Source: Gordius albopunctatus (Eukaryota). Taken from it: a DNA stretch of 64,000 nucleotides. The stretch covers positions 14,322,001 to 14,386,000 of the forward strand of contig OZ193909.1 of NCBI GenBank assembly GCA_964276515.1. The letters run 5' to 3'. Below, one piece after another: positions 41,630 through 51,900 of the stretch (positions within the stretch are counted from its first letter, which is position 1; each line of letters opens with the position of its first letter). The position numbers and the translations under genes are program-made. The notes beneath the pieces were generated by a model that made no database searches, was not told the DNA's origin, and saw nothing but the letters and a program-made list of their open reading frames with translations.

Positions 41630-42743
41630 CACAAAAGCAGCATTATTATAGAGTTAAGAACATAAGGTTTTAAACTTTAAATCAAAGTGCACCTATTTTA
41701 TTTTATGACAAAATCAATTTAATCAAATTTGTATTCTAAATAATTACCTTCATATTTTAATTTAAATAGTTATTTATCTAATACAGTATAAGTTCGTATA
41801 TTTATTTAATATTGCCTAATTGCAACAATTATAGAAATTATATTTAACTTTAATACCTGCCAATTCCAGTTTATAAATTTCATATTAAGGTTCAAAATTT
41901 TAAGAGGTATACTATTAGTTGAAGCATAAAAACTTCTAGAAAACTCATAATTTAATCTGATACGGTGTCATCAACTACTCAATTGTAATTTTGTAATCGT
42001 TATTTAGGCACCAATGACTCTTGGGCATTCTAATCTCGAGTTACCTTAGCTTAACTTCTATAATTATTCAAACTAATTGACCACCAATTTATAGTTATCG
42101 CATCATGCAGGATGAGAAACTGCAAAATTCAAATATGATTTAGCAATGTTTACTACAACATCAGAATTTATTTTAAGCCTAAATTTTTGTAATATTTAAG
42201 AATGCTATGGATACATATATTTTTTTGGCACAATTTTTTAAATTCATTCCGTTCAAACAAAGTCCTGCGATGAAAATTCTCGATCTCAGAAGTGAAATCC
42301 ATGACAGAGTTAAGATTTCTTCGAGTTAAAAAATTATATCGTTTACAGATGTTTCAAAAATTTAGCAAATACGCTTAAAAGGCGATACGAAACAAACTAA
42401 TCGCTACAATAAAACTCTCTTTCACCTACCCCAAGGGCCTTCCATACTTAAGTAAATGAACTAAAATTGCTAAATCTTAATTTTTTTCAAAAATACATAA
42501 TATTTCCTACAGTTATGTGAATTTCAAATATATTCCAATCTTATTAATTTGCCTTTATGCAAATTAAAATACACAATAATTTACTAAAAATTTAATGATA
42601 AATAAAAAACCGAGATCTCGCCGAAAAAATCTCGTATAGTCTCGTCTCGACATCAAAATTCTCTCGATCTCGGGTCAGGTTTACAAATTCTCGCCTCATC
42701 TCTCAGGCTTGAGTTTATGAAACCACGGGTTTTCCTACCACTA
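41630..42743. mobile_element. Truncated second copy of the TCTCG-repeat element
   Basis: Collinear with ~36955-38980 but lacks the nested hAT (single gctatgga at ~42204). Confidence 0.7.
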
Positions 42744-42905
42744 GTGGGAAGAGATTTTAATGCCCCCCCCCCTTAGTTTAAATTTTTTTTATAAATCCGT
42801 TAATGTTCAATAAATAAACTGAAAAGAATCAATTTATCACTAAAAATATTTAAAACAATGAAAATAAAAACTTTGGTATAAAATGTGGAAAAAGGTATTA
42901 AATTG

Positions 42906-45900
42906 TTATGTATCTTCACCGTCGTGTTCACGTTTTAATTCCCAAATTTTCTCTTGTCCTAAAAATGAAACTTTTTAAAAGATGTGAATAAATTTACCAG
43001 CTGAAGATATTATGTGGTCTCCGGTGCAGTTGAATTTGAATGTCTAAATTGTATAATTCATATAGGTTTAATTATAGTTTGTATATTGGATCTTATTTTA
43101 AAAATTAGAATACGATTATGTATGGTTCCATTCAACTGACTAATTTATAGTTACTAATTTGTTAATGAAATTAAACAAAAAGAGATAATAAATCAGGTAA
43201 TTGTACATATGGCTATGCTATAATATACTAGCCGTGCCCGGCCAAGCGTTGCTTTGGCTCAGTCCTTAAGTGGTTAAATAAGTATAACCTATTAGTAAGA
43301 CTTGTATAAAATGGGGTCATATATGAAATAATAATTCAAATAAATAAAAGATCCATAATATTTATTTAGAGCATGAATTTCATCACGCCATGGATTTTAT
43401 GAACCCACTATTTTTCGTATATCTATATATATAAAGTAAAGTGTATGTATGTAAGGGCTAAATTCTGAAACTACCGCCCCGATTCGCGCGAAACTTTACC
43501 CGTAGGTTCCCAGGGGTAAAATAGCTTTTTCAGAATCCTAAAATTTCCTTTAGTTTTAAAAATAGGGGCCTTTTAGTTTTAAAAAATGGCTTAATTCTAA
43601 AACTACCGGCCCGATTCGCGCGAAAATTTAGCTGTAGATGCACAGGGATGCCAGGAGTAAAATAGCTTTTTCAGATTCCTAAAATACCTTTTCGTTTTAA
43701 AAATATCGGACATTTCCCGGCCAGTATAATTTATAGCAGCATATACAATAATGACGTCATACATACAAGTCTGAAGTTTTCTCGAATTAGATATTTAAAA
43801 GTATAATAAAAATTTTACAGTATACGGTCAAAATTATTGGGGTTTAATCAGCTATTTAAATTAAATAAATAAAATTTTAATTAATAGCTTTTGCAGAATC
43901 CTAAAATTCCTTTTAGTTTTAAAAAATGGAAAAATTCTGAAACTATCGGCCCAATTGGCTCGAAACTTTACCCCTAGGTTCCCAGGGCGACCAGGGGTAA
44001 AATAGCTTTTTCAGAATCCTAAAATACCTTTTCGTTTTAAAAATATCGGACATTTCCCGGCCAGTTTCATTTATAGCATCACTAGATGAACCCGTCAAAC
44101 GTTGTTTTGCCATTTACCCGGGTTTATTAAATTATGTTGGAATTTTAGGGCATATATGATGATAAAGCGGTTATTTAAGTAAAAATAAAGTTTGATAATT
44201 TTTAAACAAATAGTTAAAGGGGGTCCAAGGCCCAGGCCCACCCAAGAGAGAAAACCTGGCCCCATGCCACCTCCCCCCAAGGGAAAAATCGTTGGCCCTC
44301 TGACCCTTCAAGCAATTTTTTTTGTTCATTTTTCCAATCCCCGGACCCCCCGGTTACGGTTCGTAAGAACTTTCGCCGGAGGCGTTTATTCACGCGTAAA
44401 TGACTATAAACTACTTCATAAAAAACGTAGAAATAATGCGCACGTGAGTTACATTTCGGGAAAAATTATATATATGTGTAAAACGAATTTTCGGGTAAAG
44501 TTTAGGGACAAACAACGGGCGATGTAAGTGCTGGAGGGTATCGCGCAGGAAATAACAAGTGATGCCCGGGGGGCAGGTGCGTGCTTTTATACACATAATG
44601 CGCATGGGTTTATGCTATGGTTCTAGGTCAACTACTTCGACCGGCAATTCGTTTTCCCAGAACGTCAAGTCAAATTCCTCTTCCGTGGGTATGTGGGCTT
44701 GAAAATCCCTCTGTTCTCGCGTATGCGTGGACCGTCTCTGCCGGACTCCCCACCTCCTACGCCGCCGCCACAAACGTCGTCGTCACCACTGCCGTCCGAA
44801 TCGGAGCAAAGGATCTCCGATTCCGAATCATCCCTCGGCCGGGACGCGGGGAAGGAAGGTAGCCGCAATGGGCTACAAAGCAGCACTCGATCTATACAGC
44901 ATCCACGCCAACGGGGGGCTATTCAAACCTCCTAAGGCTAAACGATACTCTAAGGGCTCGCCAGACTTCTTTACCGAGATGCTCGCTGCGGGAATCGTAT
45001 CAAAATCACCAAGGGTGCTAATCCGGTCAGATACTTTCTTCATCGACAAACCAAACAGAGACGCACGTGTCATTAAGATCCTTTCACACGCCTCCAAAAA
45101 CTTCGTACCCAAACCGATGAAGCTGGCGAACATCCCGCTGACCGCTAGACACCTCGCTGCCGCACGATTTGCAGCAAAAGTAGACTTTAAAGCAGCTTTC
45201 TTCTCGGTGACAATACACGAGCATACGAAGAAATACTTGGGATACGTGTGGAAAAGGAAACCGTACGAGTACAATGTGCTCCCCATGGGTGCCTCGTTTT
45301 CACCGTTCGTACTCCAAATGATAATAAGCGACCTAGCCAAAAAATCCGTCAAAAGGTCTAAATACAATGTGTATCTCGACAACCTACTCATATATAGTAC
45401 AAGCTTCCAGGCCGTACAAGAAGACTTGGAATGCCTAGTAGAACTCTCCAAAGCATGGGGGTTAACAATTAACGTATCAAAATCATCAATCCTTCCCAAA
45501 AGCCAAATCGAGTACCTAGGAATGGAGTTAAGGCTTTATGTCTCTGCAATAAAATGCAAAGCAAACACAGCCGACAGACTTAGGGTCGCAGCAGACGTAA
45601 TGTTCCTGGCATTGCGATATGACATACCAAACAACACACTGCTGGAAGCCCTGGGGGTACTCAATTATTTCTTTTACAATCTTACTGCAATGTCGAAGCT
45701 GTTTTCAAGCTTCTATAGCCTTACGAAAGAAAACCCACCCTGGTTCGATAGGTGCCTCGCAGGGGACAAGCTCATGGCGATCTTAAAAATAACGCACGAT
45801 ACAATCCCTCTATACGTCAAGCCATCAAGCAGGGTGTACGTTGATGCGTCAGGGTCCTATATCGGGCTAATGGACGAAAATGGGCCACACTCGAACACAT

Positions 45901-48900
45901 TCGCCAACGCCGCAGCCTCGTTTGGGTGGAAATGGAGAGAACCTCACCACATCACACTAGCCGAAACCGTGGCCGTCCTCTATGGGTATATCCGCTCCTA
46001 CCTATCAGGCAACAACCACCCCAAGCTAATCACGGACTCAGCAACTGACTACTACGTGCTCAAAAAGGGGGGCTCAAACTCCCCTACAATCGAGGAAGCC
46101 ATAGCCACTTTTGTCAAAACATACGGACTGAAACACCTCTTAAACATCCATTTCAATCTCTCCTGGGTACCAACAGATAGAAATCCGGCGGACGACCCGT
46201 CCCGAACCTGGGTACCCGACACACCCGAGTCCGAACAGCTCAACACTGACATAGACTACGTACTACAACACGGTCTCCCAGAAGACGAAGAAATCGACTT
46301 AAATTTTTGGGAAAACGAATTCCCAGTCGAGGTGATAGATCTAAAACCGTAGCAAACCCTTGCGCAAAATGCGTATAAATACGCACGCTTGCCCCCCGGG
46401 CATCACTTGTCTTTCTCGCTCAGTGATACCCTCCATCATACACCTCGCCCGTACGCTTATCCCTTACCTTACCTCCTAAAATTCATTTTCCACTCACATA
46501 TATCACGCGCGCACTCTTTTACGCATTATATACATACTCCGCATGTTATATTTAGATGCTTTATTGTTTTACGCGTGAATAAACGCCTCCGGCGGAAGTT
46601 CTTACGAACCAAAACCGGGGGGGGGGGTCCAAGGACAGGCATAACCCGCCCTTTTGCGAAAAATTATAGATATGTGGAAAACGAATTTTCGGGTAAGGTT
46701 TAGGGACAAACAACGGGCGATGTAAGTGCTGGAGGGTATCGCGCAGGAAATAACAAGTGATGCCGGGGGGCAGGTGCGTGCTTTTATACGCATACTGCGC
46801 ATGGGTTTATGCTATGGTTTTAGGTCAACTACTTTTACCGGCAATTCGTTTTCCCAGAACGTCAAGTCAAATTCCTCTTCCGTGGGTATGTGGGCTTGAA
46901 AGGCCCTCCGTTCTCGCGTATGCGTGGACCGTCTCTGCCTGACTCCCCACCTCCTACGCCGCCGCCACAAGCGTTGTCGCCACCACTGCCGTCCGAATCG
47001 GAGCAAAGGATCTCCGATTCCGAATCATCCCTCGGCCGGGACGCGGGGTCGGGACTTATCCGACCCCTGCTACAAGCACACAAAGTGGTATTCGGATGGA
47101 CAAAGGCATCAACTTCTTCTAACCTACAGGCAAACTAGACATCCGCACAACAAGGCTCACCCCGCACCCGCTAATGTCACCGTTTACAAGGAAGGTAGCC
47201 GCAATGGGCTACAAAGCAGCACTCGATCTATACAGCATCCACGCCATCGGGGGGCTATTCAAACCTCCTAAGGCTAAACGATACTCTATGCTTTTATACG
47301 CATACTGCGCATGGGTTTATGCTATGGTTCTAGGTCAACTACTTCGACCGGCAATTCGTTTTCCCATAACGTCAAGTCAAATTCCTCTTCTGTGGGTATT
47401 CCTTGTTGTAGAACGAAGTCGATTTCAGTTTCTGGCAGCTCGGATTCAGAGGTCTCCGGTCTCCAGAAGCGGGATGGGTCATCCGCAGGGTTTTTATCAT
47501 TGGGTATCCATGATAGGTTGAAATGGATGTTGAGTAAGTGTTTTAGACCGAAGGTTTTTACAAACGTAGCTATTGCTTCCTCTATTACCGGTGAATTGGA
47601 CCCCCCTTTTTTCAATACGTAATATGCAGTTGCTGAGTCGGTGACTAATTTAGGGTGATTGCTTCCCGCTATATAAGACCGCGACTGTTTCGGCTAACGT
47701 AATATGGTGCGGCTTTCTCCATCTCCAACCGAACGAGGCCGCTACATTGTGGAAGGAGTTGGAGTGGGGGCCGTTTTCGTCCAGCACGCCGATATGAGAC
47801 CCTGACGCGTCGACGTACACCGTTATCGAGGGTTTGACGTACAGTGGGACGGTATCATGGGTTAGCTTTAGGATTGCCATAAGCTTGTCTGCTGCTAGGC
47901 ATCTGTCGAACCATGGCGGGTCACTACGTGTTAGGCTGTAGAAGCTAGAGAACAACTTGGACATTCCAGTTAGATTATAGAAGAAATAATTTAGCACCCC
48001 CAGGGCTTCTAAGAGTGTGTTGTCAGGCACCTTATACCGGAGTGCAAGGAACAATACGTCCGCGGCGATTTTCAGCCTATCAGCCGTTGCGGGTTTGCAT
48101 TTGATGGCGGATACGTCAAGTCTCAGCTCCATACCTAGGTATTCGATGTACGTGGATGGGAGGATCGAAGATTTAGATACGTTGATCGTCATCCCCCAAG
48201 CCTTGGATAATTCCGCAAGTCGCGAGGTCCTCTTGTACGTCATCGAACTGGGGGCTATATATCAGGAGATCGTCGAGGTAAACATTATACTTTGACCGCT
48301 TTATTGCTCTTTTGGCCAGGTCGCTCACAACCATTTGTAGAACGAACGGGGAGAAGGATGCTCCCATTGGTAACACGTTGTATTCGTAGGGTTTGCGTTT
48401 CCACACGTAGCCCAGGTATTTTTTAGTTGAGTTGTGTAACGGCACGGAGAAGAACGCTGCCTTGAAGTCAACCTTTGCTGCGTATCGCGCGACCGCTGGG
48501 TGTTTTGCGGTTAGTGAGATGTTGTCCAGCTTCATCGGTTTCGGGATGAAGTTCCTTGACGCTACTGACAGGTCCGTAATGACTCGGGCGTCCCCATTGA
48601 GTTTGGCTATAAAAAAGGTGGCAGATCGAATAAGCAGTTTACTTGATCTGGAAACGATTCCGGCTGCGAGCATTTCAGTGAAGAAGGCCGGCGATTCTTT
48701 AGAGTATCGTTTGCTTTTGGCGAGCTAATGTCACCCTTCACGAGGAAGATAGCCCTCCAGGGCTACAAAGCTAGGTTGGATTCAACACGCATACGCAAGA
48801 ACGGAGGGCTTTTCAAGCCCACATACCCACGGAAGAGGAATTTGACTTGACATTCTGGGAAAACGAATTGCCGGTCGAAGTAGTTGACCTAGAACCATAG

Positions 48901-51900
48901 CATAAACCCATGCGCAGTATGCGTATAAAAGCACGCACCTGCCCCCCGGGCATCACTTGTTTGATTTCCTGCGCGATACCCTCCAGCACTTACATCGCCC
49001 GTTGTTTGTCCCTAAACCTTACCCGAAAATTCGTTTTACACATATAAATAATTTTTCGCAAAATGTGACTCACGCGCGCATTATTTCTACGTTTTTTATG
49101 AAGTAATTTATAGTCATTTACGCGTGAATAAACGCCTCCGGCGAAAGTTCTTACGAACCGTAACCGGGGGGTCCGGGGATCGGAAAAATGAACAAAAAAA
49201 AATTCTTGAAGGGCCAGAGGGCCAAAGATTTTTCCCTTGGGGGGAGGGGGCATGGGGCCAGGTTTTCTCTCTTGGGTGGGCCTGGGCCTTGGACCCTCTT
49301 TAACTATTTGTTTAAAAATTATCAAACTTTTTTTTTACTTAAATAACCGCTTTATCATCATATATGCCCTAAAATTCCAACATAATTTAATACACCCGGG
49401 TAAATGGCAAAACAACGTTTGCCGGGTTCATCTAGTGATGCTATAAATGAAACTGGCCGGGAAATGTCCGATATTTTTAAAACAAAAAGGTATTTTAGGA
49501 TTCTGAAAAAGCTATTTTACCCCTGGTCGCCCTGGGAACCTAGGGGTAAAGTTTCGAGCCAATTGGGCCGATAGTTTCAGAATTTATCCATTTTTTAAAA
49601 CTAAAAGGAATTTTAGGATTCTGCAAAAGCTATTAATTAAAATTTTATTTATTTAATTTAAATAGTTGATTAAACCCCAATAATTTTGACCGTATACTGT
49701 AAAATTTTTATTATACTTTTAAATATCTAATTCGAGAAAACTTCAACCTTGTATGTTTGACGTCATTATTGTATATGCTGCTATAAATTATACTGGCCGG
49801 GAAATGTCCGATATTTTTAAAACGAAAAGGTATTTTAGGATTCTGAAAAAGCTATTTTACCCCTGGCCGCCCTGGGCATCTACGGTTAAATTTTCGCGCG
49901 AATCGGGCCATAGTTTCAGAATTTAGCCCTTACATACATATACACATAGACTTTACTTTATATATATATATGTTACACAATAAGGGATGCGCCAGTCTAA
50001 TGATTGGAACATAATTTTTTGCCTTTAAAACTCCCAACTTCCTTTTGTCTGTTATTAATTCTAATATCTTAAAAAGCTTGTTTTAAAATTTACAAAAGAT
50101 TACAAGACTTTCCTTAGTTAGAGTTTGTACAGGGGCTACATTATTTGATATCCTTTTATGTCAAGTTATTTTCCCCCGATTTTTATAAATAACAATAAAT
50201 GAACATTTAATGCATCGGTATCAGAGGTCATATTTGTTAGGAATTTTATGTCCGAACTCGGCCCGGTTCAATTTTTTAACTTCATTGCTCGCCCGAACCT
50301 TCTAGGTACCCGCCCGGGCCCCCCCCCCAAAACATTAAAGCTGCCCGAACTGCCCGGCCCGAAATATTAAATTTACCTGTTAGGCCCGAAATTTTGCGAT
50401 CTCAAATTCTTTCAACCACAATTAAAAAATAAGCATTAAATTAATGGCATATTTAATAAAACAAGTCCATGAAAATATTTATGTAGCAATTTTTAATTAA
50501 GTTTAAAGTTTACATATTTAATAAATAATATTACAATAAACGAAATTATACTCCCCTTTTGATTTAACCCCTTTGCCCTACCCATAAATAAACTTCTTAA
50601 TGAATAAAATTAGTTCAATTAGTCAATCTGTGCTCTGTTAAAACTTACTTTTTTGATAAAAAGACAATAATTTATCAATAGAATTTAAATGCAATTTATG
50701 GATAATTCTTTTAACTTAAAGCAAAAAAGAAAGGTATAGAAATTTTTTATCATGAAAATAAGTAGTAACTTAGCGAAAGCGACGAATGATAAGGGAATAA
50801 TAAAGGTTAATTGGAGAAAATTTGTGATGGCGAAATCAAGTTTCTTAACTTTTTTAGCATTTTAATATGCAATAAAATAAAAAGTAACAAAATAATACAC
50901 TATTTAAAAAATCTTATTAAGCCCGAATCCTATCTTCGTGCCGCCCGCCCGGGCCCGCCCGAAAATAAAAATGTGGGCCGGGCCGGGAAATCTGATCTCT
51001 GATCAGTATTATTCTAAAGTTGATGAATCTTTAAACATAAACCCAAAATTATTGAGTGTTAACCTTGATTATTTTGAAAAAATTGAATTAAATAACAATT
51101 TTGAACAAAGAAATATCATAGCGATCAAAAAGTGATGTTTTATGGTTTATGGACATGGGATCAATTCGGGTTGGCCCATCCGGCCGGGCGGGCCAACCAA
51201 CCCGGGCCCAATTATCTAAACAGATTTTGTCCGAACCCGACCCTTAATCGTTTCGAGCTGAGTCCGGTCGGGCCCATGCAGAGCTCTACCAATAATATTA
51301 CTAAGGGGCTTTTAATAAGAAAGTGCAAATCTTCTAGATATTTAAGCAGCCAAAAAGAACTAAGACTAGGGTACAGCCTCTTACGTGAATAGATTGTTTA
51401 GAGTTGGTGGGCAAGGTATTAAGGAGGTAACCGTTGTGAGCATCGAAAATAGCACCGCTAATCCCACTCAATAAAAAACGATTTTGGTCAGGCAGTAAAT
51501 CCGGCACATAGGCGGGTACGTTATTTGTGGCTACAATAAACGCGTCGTAATGGGGATGCCATGAAGCCTAATATTTTATAAAATTAAATTTAAAGTAGAT
51601 TAACAATCAATGAAAAATATATTTTAGTGGAAAAAATAGGATGACCTCATCCAAATGGCGGTCTAAGTTACTTAATAAAATTTAAGGCAAGCCTTCTGTT
51701 TGCCAATCTAATGTATATTAGTCTACGGTTGCGACATAGATACAATAACTAGGTAATTTTTGCGCAAGATATATATTAGGATAACTACTGCACATCTAGA
51801 CTAAAACCGATTAGTAGATTGATAGATTTTATATAATGGTAACCTTAATAGGCAGTTTGTTGGTGTTTTGGTGTGGATGTTTAATTCTTGTCTTCAGGTC

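Noticed and set aside
44095..44605. Short ORFs in the arms (MIIFKQIVK..., MGGGGMGPG..., and mirrors at 48990-49446)
   Set aside because: They span the Helitron/retroelement junction and non-coding tail; their recurrence reflects DNA duplication only.
44727..44851. Arg/His-rich N-terminus (RRRHKRRRHH) suggesting a core-like nucleic-acid-binding tail fused to RT
   Set aside because: It is in frame with RT only because of the 139-bp deletion; the undeleted copy puts a different frame upstream of the RT.
44873..45499. 208-aa antisense ORF within RT-A (possible ambisense gene)
   Set aside because: Codon-aligned antisense frame typical of GC-richer genes; the equivalent frame in B is broken into pieces.
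46353..46650. Hammerhead or HDV-like ribozyme in the RT tails
   Set aside because: No CTGANGA...GAAA core or convincing HDV-like pattern found by eye on either strand.
44219..49298. Canonical DIRS, LTR or Penelope retrotransposon call
   Set aside because: No gag, tyrosine recombinase, integrase, GIY-YIG, PBS or PPT visible, and the motifs fit hepadnaviral polymerase better. A DIRS-like affinity cannot be excluded without phylogeny.
43422..49970. Pure foldback assembly or amplification artefact
   Set aside because: The arms differ by substitutions and subrepeat number, and the interior holds two distinct paralogues. It is therefore not a simple mirror, although read confirmation is still needed.
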